Of a stretch of DNA of 64,000 nucleotides, positions 27,345 through 40,879 are shown one piece after another; within the stretch, counting starts at the first letter, position 1, and every line of letters begins with the position of its first letter. The translations under genes were made by a program, and so were the position numbers. This DNA is from Felis catus (lineage: Eukaryota). The DNA is taken from the NCBI RefSeq assembly GCF_018350175.1, contig NC_058368.1, positions 36,210,001 through 36,274,000 on the forward strand. The letters are read 5' to 3'. The notes below the pieces were generated by a model. That model was not told the origin of the DNA. It did not search any database and worked only from the letters and a program-made list of their open reading frames with translations.

Positions 27345-28195
27345 TTTTCTCTTCTGTTTGAAATATAATTGACATGTAACGTGTCAATGTAAGGTGTACG
27401 AAGTGTTGATTTCATACACTTAAATATTGCAATGATTACTGCCGTGGCGTTAGCTAATACCTCTATCACAGCACATAATTGTCACTTATTTTTTGTACTG
27501 AAAACATTTAAGATGCAGTCTCTTAGCAATTTGGGGGTATATAATATAGTATTGTTGACTATAATCACTAAACGGTGCATTAAAGATCTAGAACTTACGT
27601 TTTACTTGGAAATTTGTAGTCTTTAACCTCTCCCCAATTCCCCCATCCTTCCCAATTCCCGGCCCCTGGTAACCACCATTCCTCTTTCTGTTTGTACAAG
27701 TGTGGCTTTTTTAGAGGCTACATTGTAAGTGTTATCATAGACTATCTGTCTTTCTCTTTCCAGCTTATCGCCCTAAGCATAATGTCATCAAAGTCCATCC
27801 ATGCTGTCACAAAAAGTAGGATTTCCTTCTTTCTCATGGCTGAAAAATAGTCCAGTGTGTGTGTATACATATACTGCATCTTCTTTTATCCATTCATTTG
27901 TTGACACTTAGATTGCTTCCATATCTTGGCTATCGTGAATAATGCTACCATAAACATGGGAGTGAAGATATCTCTTTGAGATCTTGATTTCATTTCCTTT
28001 GGATATACATCCTGTGGGACTGCTGAATTATATAGTCCTATTTACAATTTGTTGAGGCGTCTCCACAATGTTTTCCATCGTGGCGGCTCCAATTTACAGT
28101 CCCCACAACAGGGCACAAGGGTTCCCTCTACATCCTCACCAACACTTGTTATCTCGTCTTCTTGATGACAACCATTCTATCAGGTGTGACCTCAC
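27345..28195 (-). mobile_element. L1 3' end (L1MA/L1_Carn-like)
   Basis: Reverse-oriented L1 3' UTR and ORF2 tail (ttccatatcttggctatcgtgaataatgct...; cctcaccaacacttgttatctc). Confidence 0.85.
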
Positions 28196-28666
28196 ACCCG
28201 TTTCTGTCATTGCTGATGTTGTTTTGCTCATAAACCTTTCACTAATGGTGGCATCAGAGGCTATGAAAGTACATCATCTTTGCAGAATGAGATGTGCATG
28301 TTATCCAACAGGAATAACTCGTCACATCACTGTAGGCAGTCTGACTTATAGGAGAAGACGCTGAAGACCACAGGCAGACCCTTTAAAATGAATGTAGGTC
28401 AAAGTTTGTCATTGGCCACTAGTTTACACATGGCTAGTTAATTCAAATTAAACCAAATTAAAAAGTCAGCTCATAGAGCTAGTGACTAGCAAACTGGACA
28501 TAGCAGAACAGAATATTTATATCATCAAAGAAAGTTCTGAAAAAACACTGATCTAAGTAGTAGTAAAAGCTAAAGAAATGGACAAGATCATGCTGAAAGG
28601 AGGTATAAAATGGAAGATGATGATCTGAGACAGTACCTGAGAACACTAATTTAAAAGGGTGCAAAG

Positions 28667-28885
28667 GGCACACCTGGGTGGCTCAGCTGGTTAAGCGTCC
28701 AACTCTTGACTTAGGCTTAGGTCATTATCTCACAGTTCGTGGGATTGAGCCCCACACTGGACTTTGCACTGAGAGTGGAGCCTACTTGGGACTCTCTCTC
28801 TCCCTATCTCTCTGCCCCTCGCCTGACTATGCGCTTGCTCTCCCTCACTCTCTCTCTCAAAAATAAACATTAAAAAAAATGAAAA
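28667..28885 (+). mobile_element. Can-SINE
   Basis: Typical structure; TSD aaaagggtgc on both sides. Confidence 0.9.
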
Positions 28886-29957
28886 TAAAAGGGTGCCAGG
28901 AGTGATGAGCAAAGATCAGAAGAGACAGATAATCAGCATTATCAGTGCTAATAGTGTGAAGAAGATGAAATTTGAAAAATCAGTCACCAAGTTGGCAATT
29001 GTCGATCTGCCAAAGCAATTTTAGTGGAATGAACAGAAGCAAAGGCAAGGTTGAGAAACCAATGGGAAGTGGCTTCCTTCCTCAATGAGCGCTCTCCACC
29101 CTTTGCCAATGCCATCATAATAGTAGAAAAAGGTAAGAGCTGTTTAGTACTTATGTGTTAACCCCCATTCTAACACCCTGAATCATCATATGTAATATAT
29201 AACATAGGTACTAATGTTCCCATTTTATAGATGAAGAAACAAACAGAGAAAAACGTAGTAATTTTCCAAGGTCACACAGCTATCAAATACAGAGCGAGGA
29301 TTCAAACTCAGGTGAATTTCAGAGCCTGAGTCCTTCAAGATTACACAAAATGGACTCCTCAATAACACTTCCCACCCGTTGGTTCACACTTCTCTTCATA
29401 CCAGACTGAATATTAGCCTTTTAAAGTCAAGGAATAAATTGTAACTACCTGTGCTATACGGTATAAAGAACATTCAAATATTTACTGAACAAATGAAAAG
29501 AACTAATTGACAGAATTTGGCAACAAGGGAAGGAAGCAGAGCATCGATCATATTCAGCAGGGGAAAAGAGGTCAAGGGAAAGTTGGAGAGGAAAGCTGGT
29601 TTTGCTTCTGCTTTTTCTTTTATAATGGAAGACACTGGAACATTCTTAGAGAATGCAACCTCTAAGGAGTGAAACATACCTAATGGAACAGGACTGGGGC
29701 AAGAACGGTGGTAAAGGGATTAACCTTGAACAGGAACACAGACATTTCTTCTGTGGATATTGGAGGGGAGAGGAGGAAGAGTTGCAGATATAGAAGATTA
29801 CAGGTGCAGACAGCAGGAAATTGAGCAAGTTCAAGCAAAATGTCCTTTATTTTCTCTCTGAAGAGGGTGTCAAGGTGAGTGCTAAGAGTCAGGGGTAACC
29901 ATCTCTAAGATCTTTTAAGGGAACGCTGTGGAATGTTCCCGTGTGGATACAAGTGGG

Positions 29958-29988
<31 letters not shown>

Positions 29989-31149
29989 GAATATCATTAA
30001 AGGATACAAAAGAAAATAATAGAAGTCACCGTGGCCTCTGTACGGGAAAAAGCTGAATTGGTCGCCTGGGATGTAAGGAAGTCTCAGTGAATCTCACTCT
30101 GTAATCTTAAATTCGTGGGCTTTTTAAGAAGTGCACACACTACTTTTTCAGTTTAAAAAAAAACTATTTACAACAAAAAAAGGATCAGGCCCATAGTGAA
30201 GGGAAAGAGAGTGATGATAATGGTTTAGCATAAAAGTCAAGAGAAATGGAAAAGAAGGTAACCAAAGAGCTAGTTCAAAGCCAGGACTCTGGAGTTAGAC
30301 TGTGTGTGCCGATATCCACCGCTCCCTATTCCCAGCTGTGGCACCTCAGGAAAGTCCCCAGAGCCCTCCTCCTGTGCCTCAGTTCCATCAGGTCCAACAC
30401 AAGGGTGCTGAGAGTGCCCACTTCAAAGCAGTGAATTAGGATTAAGTGATTAAAATCGTGCCCAGCCCACTGTGAGAGCTGAATAAATGTAGCTATTGTG
30501 ATGATGATGATTATTGAGCAGCTTTCAGGACCCAGCTAATCAACGGGGCCCAGAGACACTGAATGTTAGGGAATCAGTTCACATAGCTGGGAAGGTTTCC
30601 ACCCTGATGCAGCGGCCCAGTGAAGACACAGAGAGCCTGTCAGGTTGCTCTAGGCTTGGAGATCTGAGGCACAGAACAAGGAAGTCAGAGGTCTTATTAT
30701 TTATTTACATTCTACCCTACCTCGGCTTTGAGGAGGCAAGGAATGTGAAGGCATCCTAGTTCAAAAGGAGGTCCAGGGTTACTTTTACGGAGTGTGGCTA
30801 CAGTGTGGAGCAAATGTCAGCGGGAAGCTGACAGAGAAAGAAAGAGAGGCAAGGTCATGGGGCTGGAGATCTAGATGAAACAGAAAGGGTATGGGGGGGA
30901 TATGTCCAGGACCCAAACCTCCTGGTGTGTTCCCCACCACAATTAAGGTCAAGTTGGGTCTCTGGACACAAAGCAGGTGTCCAACAGGAGCGTAGGGAAA
31001 AAGGGAGGTGAGAAGCTAAAAAGAATGGTCAAAATGCTGCTGATAACTGACATCCTGTCACATGCCCTTCAAAATGACCAGCCCTAGAGAATTCAGTCCT
31101 ACAGATGAGATTCCCCTACTTTGGTATCTGAGAAAAAATCAAAAGAGTA

Positions 31150-31370
31150 AAACTCATAATAGCTGTCATGTATTAACTGCTAGGCACTGTGCCCAAACTA
31201 CTGTAACACGCATTACCTCAAGCAATCCTTACAACAATCTGTAAGTGGACATACTGTCATCATCTAATCCATTTCACAGATAGGAAAACTGAGGCACAGA
31301 AGTTAATTAATTTGCCCAAGGATACACAGCCATATTTGAATCCATTGAATCCATCCTGAGCCCTTTTTAC
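31150..31370 (-). mobile_element. MIR SINE
   Basis: ccatttcacagataggaaaactgaggcacagaagttaattaatttgcccaagg is the reverse MIR core. Confidence 0.8.
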
Positions 31371-31781
31371 CACCATAGGGCTCTAAAGCCACATTGCCAG
31401 GCCCCCAAAGGAGCCCAAATTGGCAGGCCCAGTTCTCCAGTGACCCAGATTTGTTTCTGGTAACGTTTACATGCCCTTGCCCACCACCACTGAAATCTTT
31501 TATAAAAAGAAATAGACATTTAGGGTATATCAATAACATTTCAATTTGAGTTAATCATGACTAGATTAATGAACCAGGTGGTGTAAGGTTACAAGAGTAG
31601 TTCTGCATAGATTTCCAATTAGCGAAGCATCATAAACCTACTGGGAGTAAGCTCAAGCCTATGCCAAGCATTACAGAGAGGAAGAGTGACTTCCAAAAGC
31701 TCACAAACACATGCATAAAGTAAATGAAAGCAGGTTCAAGATAACATATCCATAACAGCAAAATAATACCCTCAGAAGAGA

Positions 31782-31809
31782 GGCTGACTGGTTAGAGCAT
31801 GGTGCTAAT
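31782..31809 (+). pseudogene. tRNA-Ile(AAT)-like 5' fragment
   Basis: TGGTTAGAGCATGGTGCTAAT (31789-31809) matches the recalled tRNA-Ile-AAT segment TGGTTAGAGCGTGGTGCTAAT at 20/21 positions and stops at the anticodon. Confidence 0.45.
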
Positions 31810-32534
31810 TGGAGACCATCACCTTCTACGAAGAGATGAAACTGTCACATTGAATTTCTGATTGCAGATTAAGTGCATTCTGTTTTTCATGTTCATTTCT
31901 CAGACTGTCAAATTTTTCATTAGAAATGAATTGTAATTGTCCTTATAAATTGCATTCTACCCAAGGATTTGATCCACAAAACAGTTTAATACTACAGTAC
32001 AATCCATAATTAATGTCACCAATTCGTAAATCCTAGTTAAAAACTGAATGCTGCATAGTTTCATTTTAGGATGCCCAAATAAACAACCCACCTCAGAAAA
32101 ATGCAGCAATTACAGGATAAACTCCCACATCCTGGGAAGATACTTTATAATAAAATAAGCCTTATAAATGCACTATTATGGATGTTACAATTAGACTAAT
32201 CCATGTATCTTACTAAGAGTTTCAAGAAATTCTACATCATAACTCCAAAAGAAGCATGTACTTTTCTTTTTTAACCTCCAGAATAACCTAGAATTAGCAA
32301 TAATATCCTTGGAGAGTTGAACAGGTATTTAGCCATCTTTAACCCATGAAGGTCCCTCATGAAATAAACAAAAAGCCCTGTAAGCCCTTTACCTCAAGAA
32401 AATAAAGAGCAAAGATTACAAGGAGATATTGATAGGAAGGGAGAAAACAGACATTTTAATAGGATTTATACAGTTTCATTTCTGAAGCTTATTGGAGAGT
32501 ACATCGTGTTCTATATACCTCTTTTGTATGATTT

Positions 32535-32652
32535 TATATATATATTATTATATGAATATATATTGTATTGTAATATATTGTATTATTATATGACTACATA
32601 TATATATTAGAGAGTAAACATTTCCTTTGAAGTTAAAATATATATGTGTGTG

Positions 32653-32686
<34 letters not shown>

Positions 32687-32728
32687 TATATAGATATATA
32701 TACATATATATATATTTTTTTTTTTTTT
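32535..32728. repeat. AT-rich compound (TA)/(TG)/(CA) microsatellite region
   Basis: Directly visible dinucleotide runs. Confidence 0.85.
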
Positions 32729-32762
32729 ACCCTCAATAAATTATTTAGAAGTAAACTGTTTT

Positions 32763-32983
32763 GGGGCACCTGGATGGCTCAGTCAGTTAAGCATCCGACT
32801 TCGGCTCAGTCATGATCTCAGGGTTCATGAGTTGGAGCCTGCATCAGGCTTTTTGCTGACAGCAGGGATCCAGCTTTGGATCCTCTGTCCCCCTCTCTCT
32901 GCCCCTCCCCTGCTTGTGTGCTCTCTGTCTCACACATGCGCGCGCACTCTCTCTCTCTCTGAAAAATAAACATTTAAAAAAAG
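32763..32983 (+). mobile_element. Can-SINE
   Basis: TSD agaagtaaactgtt at 32747-32760 and 32984-32997. Confidence 0.94.
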
Positions 32984-35900
32984 AGAAGTAAACTGTTATG
33001 AAGCATATTGTTAAACATCCTTCACAACTGATAAACATTTACTAGTTACTTCTAGCTCATCACTAGTGAAAAACTAAAGGTACAAAAACGTTGGCCTGGT
33101 TCAAGTACTCTAACTTCTTGACTTACATCAGCTCTTGGATTCCTGAAGCCAAGGTCTACAGTTCTCTTCACAGACTCTCCAGGTCCACTAGGCTTTTTAA
33201 ATTTTGTATTTTTCCAAGATTATCTTAAACATCTGAAGTGAAAGAAGCATAATCTGGACAATCTGAATGGCCACTCTACGATCATGCTCCTTCCACCAGG
33301 CACTTCTGGTATCCACACTGCTATGTGTGTGTACTACCACAGGGCATTAGAAGAAGCCAAACAACATCAATCATGCTACATAGGTGTTCACAATCTCCTC
33401 TACATAGGAGGAATTAAGTTGTCTATAACTCCAAAATGACACTATTCAAGGAACCATGTACTTAGAGCTATGGCAAGTTAAATTTCAAGAGAAAAACGAA
33501 TATAGATGCTGGTGGTCTTGGGTGCGATTCTTTCTGCCCTGTTTCAACAGTTTCATACAACTTACTAGAAAATATGTACATATGGCTATATTTTTTTTAG
33601 ATTTATATATATATTTTTAATCATAAACAAGTTTATAAGAGTTCACCATTTCACTCAGAGCCTCAAGTTAAGATCTTGTGAAAGAGACAGTGATGTCAGA
33701 TGACAGGTCTCTACCCAGTGTGGGGCTGAGTCTTTGGATTTATCACTGTACTTTGCTTCCTCAGCCTCTGGGATTCCATTTCCATCCAAGACTCTAGCAG
33801 GCAAAAAGGAAAACAGCAAGCCATACACATATCTTTCCACTATTAAATCCAACACTGATGACTTAATTTCAGCGAAACATCATCATCAATCACATTAAAT
33901 TAATGTTGTTGTTCATTTGAATTTTATTGGTTTTATAGTTTTGTTTTTGGTTTTATATGTAAATCTGTTTGAGTTTTATAGTTGTAAAAGCGCCATAAGC
34001 ATAAGGAGTTATATTTTTAGTTTTATATCTATACATATATAAGCAACATTATTTTTATTATCATTCAAGTCCACATTGGAGTAGCACAAGGATTTTTTTC
34101 TAAGTTTGAGGTTGTTTCCTTTGTAGGTTTCTTTTCTAAGTTTCATCTGCACGCAGATGTCAGAGTTTCATGATCCGCATTTTACACATAAAACCATAAC
34201 CCCCTCCCCTCCGAAAGCTTCAGCAATTTGCTCTGACCATCCAGCCATCACAATCAGAAGTCTGCATCAACCCGAATGGCACCTGGCATGCCGGGATAAG
34301 AACTGAGAATGGGACGACTCCGCCTCCACCACACTATGAGGAAAAAGCCTGACCCCGTTAGGAGTTTCCAGCATAGGAAAGTAATTCAAATATGCAGCAT
34401 AATATCCCCAACGCCCTACGATCTAGAAAAAGATTGTACTACTGCTAGTAATACTAACGATGACAGCAGCAACAATCCTATAAACGGCAAATATTTACGT
34501 AGCAGTTACAATGAGCCAGGTACTATTCTAGGTCCATCAGGCAGTAACCTTTAATCTTCCCAACAATCCCATTTTGCACCTGAGGCGACGGAGGCATGGA
34601 GAGAAGTAACTTGCCCAAGTAATGCATCATATAGCTAGGATTCAAACTCTAAAAGCGGTCCGGGTCCCTGCTCATAAATGCTATTCACGGTGCCTTTTCT
34701 ATAAAAAGCTGTACAAAAGGATAGCAGTGGATCTTTTTGAAGAATCAAATCTATGACAAGCATTTCCGAACAGTTTTCATTAATTAGCTAGTAACTGAAA
34801 TATTCCAGCACCAAAACTTAACTTATTGAAACTCTCAAATCCTCCCCTAAGTTAATAACGATTATTTGATTTGCTATTTGAGAAAATTACTCCCGACGGG
34901 AAGGTATTTCAATGCCACCCTGCTGCTACTGCGAGAAAAGTTACCTTTGTAGATCCTGTTCAAAGAAAGCTCATGCTTTGATCCTTAATATCCCATGAAG
35001 TAAAAGGTTACGCTTAATCTATATTTTATAGACCTAAAAGTCAAATTAGTTTCTGGGATAAACAAGCAGAGTGTGACAGTAAGCATATTCTGTGGCGTTC
35101 ACGACATGCCTAGCTTGGAGGATACTATGTGCTGAGTTAAAGACAATTACATTCGGATAATACATAGCAGTTTTGTCTTGTATTATTCTGCAAGCATAAA
35201 CAAGTTATACACATGTTAATTTACATTCTATATAAAAAGCCAATTTTAAATCCAATTTATAAGGCAATAAATATATAAAGATTCTAGGACACAGCAATAA
35301 AGTTATGCCATAAAGTAGAGTTAATTCACGACAACAATAATAAAAGCATGACAAATTTTAGCATTCTACCAACTGCACAAAGGTGTTTCAGGTAACATCT
35401 GTTCAGAAGCAATTGCTACAAGACAGACTAGATGAGATGCAAGGTTCCACAGTGTAATAAATGTATGTCAGTTTGCTTGCTTCGTAATTAAAGACATGAG
35501 TCTTTGAAAAAAAGCAATTAAGCCTTGCTCTAAATCTGAGACAATTATCCCTACTCCCACCCCTTTTTACCCACCAAAAAAAAAAAAAAAAAAAAAAAAA
35601 AAGATCCAGAGTGATCCAGAAGTAATAACTACCATATATCATCTATTTTCAGCAGCTAAACATACTCCCAAAAGCCACTTTATATATTTTGGTAGCTTTT
35701 GATAAATTATATATTAACCAACAGAGAAAACTTCTTTTCCTCTGTCAGGAAAAAAACAAAAGCCTGGGACAATTCAGGCAATTTACTTAAAAGACTGGCC
35801 TGAAGAAAATAAATGATCTTACCTTATGAAGGTTTCAGTGTCAGATGGGTTAGTTGGAATCTTGATATAACACTCAAGTGCCCAAATAAGAACACTGCCT

Positions 35901-36236
35901 CCGATTCTGACAATTTAACTCTAATACAACTGAAAGTATCACTTTAGCTGAGGACACAATGAAGAAATAAATTCAAAAGGCACACAAAAATAATTCCACA
36001 TTTTTCTCAGCTTTCTAGCAACTTCGAAAATGAGGCAGCAGAACAAGTTGGAATCAAGTTCTAGCTGCTGTTCCAGAGGACCAAACTGTTATCTTATATC
36101 CCCCCAAATCACGGTCCAAAAGAAAATGTTACCAAAAGGAAGACATTTAGGTGAATCTGACAGTTCTCCTAAAATACACATGGATGAACTGGTAAACCAA
36201 ACCTTCTAACATGGTCACCCTCATAACTACACCTGT

Positions 36237-36722
36237 TGTGTTCATTTCCTGTGGCTGCCAAAACAAATTCCTACAAACTTAATGGCTCAGAACAAAAATG
36301 TATTCTCTCAGTGCTGGAAGCCTGAAGTCAGAAATCAGTTTCACTGGGCTCCAACCAAGGTGTTAGCAGTCCCGCTCTCCCTCGGAAGCTCTAGAGGAAA
36401 CCAATTCTTTTCTTCCTCTGGTTTCTTAGGGCTGACAGCATTCTCTGGCTTGTGGCTGCACCACTAACCTCTGCCTTTGAGTCACATGACATTCTCCTCT
36501 TCTATAGTCAAATTTCCCCCTGCCTCCCTCTTACAAGGACACCTATGTTTGTTTGCATGTAGGGCCCAGCCCGGTAATCCAGAGTCATCTCCCCATTTTA
36601 AAACCCTTAATTTAAAAATCTTTTTGTTGCAATGGCAGGCAACATTCACAGGTTTCAGGGATTAAGACCTGGTTATCTTCTATGGGGGGGGGGGGGGGGG
36701 TGTCAGTTTTCAGCCTGCCACA
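36237..36722 (-). mobile_element. MLT1-type solo LTR
   Basis: tttcctgtggctgcc...tggaagcctgaagtcagaaatcag...ggtaatccagagtcatctccccatttt...ttcagcctgccaca. Confidence 0.85.
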
Positions 36723-36959
36723 GCTGCCTCCAAACGAACCCAAAGCCAAGAGGTGGCCATGCACTAATCCCATCATGCCTACTCCAATTTCAGTTGCCCC
36801 TCCTCCAATAGTTCTCCCACTGGATTCCTCCTGCCACCTCACAACCTGCCTGTGATCAGGAAATCACTAATTCTGTACTCATTAAAGGTATTACTATTTT
36901 TAATGGCTCTTGAGTGAGACAAGTAGTAAAGGTTAAAATTCCCAACAGCACAGAAGAGC

Positions 36960-37156
36960 AATACAGGACAGTGACTAAGAATGTAGGAGACAGCTTGCCA
37001 AGGTTCAAATCCTGTCCTCAGCAACAGGCAGTTGTGTGACCTCAGGCAATTCAACCTCTGTATTTTGCTTTTTCCATCCAGCAAACAAGACTAATAATAC
37101 CATATACCTCATAGGGTTGTTGTAAGGGTTAAAGGAGTTGATATACACATATATGG

Positions 37157-37193
<37 letters not shown>

Positions 37194-37240
37194 GGTACCT
37201 GGAACAGAGCTTCGTTCATTTATTAAAGTAACTGTTACTA
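36960..37240 (+). mobile_element. MIR SINE containing a (CA)n microsatellite
   Basis: ggttcaaatcctg...tgtgtgacctcaggcaa...atacctcatagggttgttgtaagg; CA run at ~37159-37188. Confidence 0.8.
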
Positions 37241-38707
37241 GTAATGATGTCCAAAATGGTAGACACATATATATTACTGAACAGGGTGAAATATCTCTCA
37301 CAACCAAAATTGAAGGTACAGTAATGACATAATTAAACAATAATGAACAATCTGTTCAATGGAAAGTATAAGATTAGATGCAAGATTTACACCAAAGTCT
37401 GTGACAACTTTTAAAGGATATTCCTAATTAAAAAGAAGAGTCACTCTGCCAACTGGGACCACCAAACATACAGGCCTCCTGTCAAAACATTGACCCACGG
37501 CTTCTCCGGAAGCCACACATCCTGCTCTCAACACAGATATGGGGGCCACCACTTTGTGCACTGTGTGTTGGTAAGAGTAGGACTGAAGCGCCCAGCATCA
37601 AGTAGGGCAACTGTTTTGTTCTGTTCTACAAGGGAAACAGGACTCAGGCTCAGGTACTATGAGTGTGACCTACGGCAGGACAAAACTTCATGATCCTACT
37701 GAACTCTATCTACCTTCGCAAAGCCTTCATCCAGGTACCTGCCTTGGCCTGCCAATCTCCTATGGTTTCATCCTGTCCCCGGTTACTAGCCTCAGCATCT
37801 CAATACTCACTGCTTGCCATATTTTCTACTGAAATCAAGTCGGTTAGTTCACAAGCAGCCCCAAAGTAGTGGATTTCTTGTGTGGCCAAACTGTCCTACA
37901 CTCACAACAGATGAATTTCTGTTTACACAGATCTATAGGGAGAAATTCTATACTACAAACTTGTATACACAAGGCAACAGTACCTTGAGACTCACGACTA
38001 AACACACAGTAGAAAACAAGGACTGGTCTGCTTTACCAGGGCTTAAAGTAAACCAAGATTTCAGTGGGCCCCAGAGCTCATGCCTTCCAACCCAAGAACA
38101 GAGCAAGTGGCCAATTTACCACTCAGTTCTACTACCAGCTTGCAGCTTTGTGGAATGTGCTAAACACCTATATTATCGCCTTTCCTGTCGTATCACCAAA
38201 CTCTGTTGCTTGTTCCAGTCAAAAACAGCTGCCCCCAACAACTCAAGCAAAAGCCAAGAAGTGCCTTGACATCTAGTAGTACAGCAAACTGAACTACAGA
38301 ACAATCACTTGTAGAGGCATTGCAAAGATATCGTGAGGAAGGGATGGTCTCTATCCTCAAAACAAGAGTTACTAGGGTGAGACTGATAACAGGTGTGAAA
38401 TAGGTTGACTGGGAAGAGCTACTCAGAAGGCAGCCTTCAGCCTGGCATACTGAGACACAGGCCAGGAACAGAGTTAGAGTTGTTAAAGCCCCCTAAGAGT
38501 CCTACTTCAGGTAGAGGTGATCCCAAATCAGTGGCACTCTGAGAAAAGCATCGCCCATAATGCCTCTTGGAAGATAGGCTAAGATAAAGCAATGAGCTTA
38601 CAAGCATGGGAAGAGAGAGTAGTAAACCATCAGGTGCAATCAATGTAGATAGTCCAAAAAGTGCACATAACAGAACGATCAAATAAAGAATAAAAAGAGT
38701 CACATAG

Positions 38708-39012
38708 CAAATGACTTTGATCAACACAGCGGTTAGAAGCTCCAGTCTTCACACAGCCAAAAATTCATGTATAACTTATGACTCCCCAAAAACTTAACTA
38801 CCAATAGCCTTCTGTTGACTGGAAGCCTTACTGATAACCAATTAAGGCATATTTCATATATTATCTACTGTATTCCTACAACAAAGCTAGAGAAAAGAAA
38901 ATGTTATTAAGAAAATAGCAAGAAAAAACAGATTTACAGTACTGCACTGTAATAAATCCATGCATTAAGTTAACCTGTGCAGTTTAAACCCATGTTGTTC
39001 AACAGGCAACTG
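38708..39012. mobile_element. Tigger2-derived MITE (MER8/MER28/Tigger2a-like)
   Basis: gactccccaaaaacttaactaccaatagccttctgttgactggaagccttac body; right terminus gttgttcaacaggcaactg followed by TA. Confidence 0.75.
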
Positions 39013-39236
39013 TAATTGCTAAACTTAAATATTCCAAGCAAGTTAAATTAAATATCCAAGCAAGTTAAATATTCCAAGCAAGTTATCTCTGATAACAGCA
39101 TTAGTGAAATGGAAAATATAGCTAAAGAAACTATAAGTATCTAAATTAGTTTCAGGGATTACAAACAGTCCAAATTACCTCTAAATTAATTATGAAGACA
39201 TGATTCGAATCAGACTCCTATCTAAAAACAAACACT

Positions 39237-39352
39237 GGGTGCATCTGGGTGGCTCAGCACAGAGCCTGCTTTGGATCCTCTGTCCCCCTCTCACTCACGT
39301 GCTCTCTCTCCCTCTCAAAAATAAATAAACATTAAAAAAAATAAAAAATAAA
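39237..39352 (+). mobile_element. Internally deleted Can-SINE
   Basis: Head ...gggtggctcag is joined directly to cacagagcctgc; TSD-like aaacact on both flanks. Confidence 0.85.
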
Positions 39353-39456
39353 AATAAACACTGTATTTTTAGATATGTTTATTAACTTTAAAGCTTCAAA
39401 GTATTGCTTTTAGAGGTCTTTTCATCTTTACAATAACCCTTTTAGCATACTTAAGA

Positions 39457-39655
39457 GTGGCACCTGGGTGGCTCAGTCAGTTAAGGGTCTGACTTTGGCT
39501 CAGGTCATGATCTCATTGTATTTGAGTTCGAGCTGCGAGCTGCGTGGACAGCTTGGAGCCTACTTCAGATTTTGTGTCTCCTCCTCTTTCCCCTCCCCGC
39601 TCACGCTCTGTCTCTCTCTCAAAAATAAATAAAAATTAAAAAAATATAAAAACAA
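39457..39655 (+). mobile_element. Can-SINE
   Basis: TSD catacttaaga at 39446-39456 and 39656-39666. Confidence 0.92.
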
Positions 39656-40879
39656 CATACTTAAGAAATGAAAAACTAGAGCTAGAGAAGAGCTAGAATC
39701 CAAATCATGTAGATACATCCTTCAATGAAACTAAACCTAAATATTAATTATTTCACTTCTGTTTTCATAACCGCCTTGCTGGAAGTCACAGAAAATCCAA
39801 ACGAAAATTCAAAATACCTCATGTATTCTGGAGCATAGAAGAAACAAAATGGAATGACATCATTAACCCAAACAAAAGACTCTAAAAGGAAGAAAAGTCA
39901 TTGCCCCAGGATTCTTCTCATATTGGCTAGAATCCTGCCTCGCCAATTTAACTCTATCCTATTTGTTCCTCAACTCTACCAACAAAACAATCAACAACAT
40001 AGTTGACCCTCCTGCAAATTCTGCCAGTCCTATGGCCCTCTTGCTACTTAATTTAGAAAAATTAATCCATGTTGTCCCTCATTTTCAGTATTCTGATACA
40101 TCTCATAGCTCTGCTCCCAGTTTTATTCAACCGTTACTTTTAATTGTTAGCAACTCACTCCTGCTCCACAAATGTCTATTCCCTTAAGGTATGTATCCTG
40201 ACTTAAATTCCTAACGAGATTTATTTGTTCACAGAAGGCACATGCTGTGTTGTATAACTGTGCCCAAAACTGAAAAAGTTATATTCCATAACTCCATATT
40301 CCTAATTAAATGGAGGGGTCAAATATTAAATTTTCAATTGTTAGATTTATCCCAAATCTATTAACCTTCTGTGATTTATTTACACACATTTTTACAAAGC
40401 AGTCATCACTGCCTATTCTTTCACTAGTGGACACCAACAAAAAGATTCACAAACCGCTGATCATGACATCTCCCTTGGGTGTTAAAGTAAGAGAAGCAAC
40501 CAGAATAGCGAGTTTCTTTCCAATATAAACAAAACATTCCTCAGCAGTGACTACATAGCCCGCCAAGTTTTAAAACCTGTTGTTTCTCCTTGGAAAATTA
40601 CAGCAGAAAAAGAAATACTACCCCCTAAAAGTTCACTTTGCTATGTCTCATACCCTCGGAAGCCAGAAGGGTGGGGAGAAGTTCGACTCAAAAAAATGCA
40701 AGGTTCACCTAGGTGACGTCAATACATTCACATTTGAACTGCTTTTCACGTCAGCCAGAACAAATGTGGGGCAACACAGTGACCAGTGAGTGTATTTGGC
40801 AGTGGGTCCAAACAGAACTGGACCCTGTCGTCGTAAATCTATTAGGAGACTGGAAGCTCTAGCAATCTAGAACAAAATG

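Noticed and set aside
37814..38269. Longest ORF in the window (151 aa, antisense in intron 1)
   Set aside because: Non-ATG start, no recognisable domain and no splice support; compatible with chance.
39025..39085. Short direct repeats as a CRISPR-like array
   Set aside because: Mammalian DNA, adjacent repeats without unique spacers, and no cas genes.
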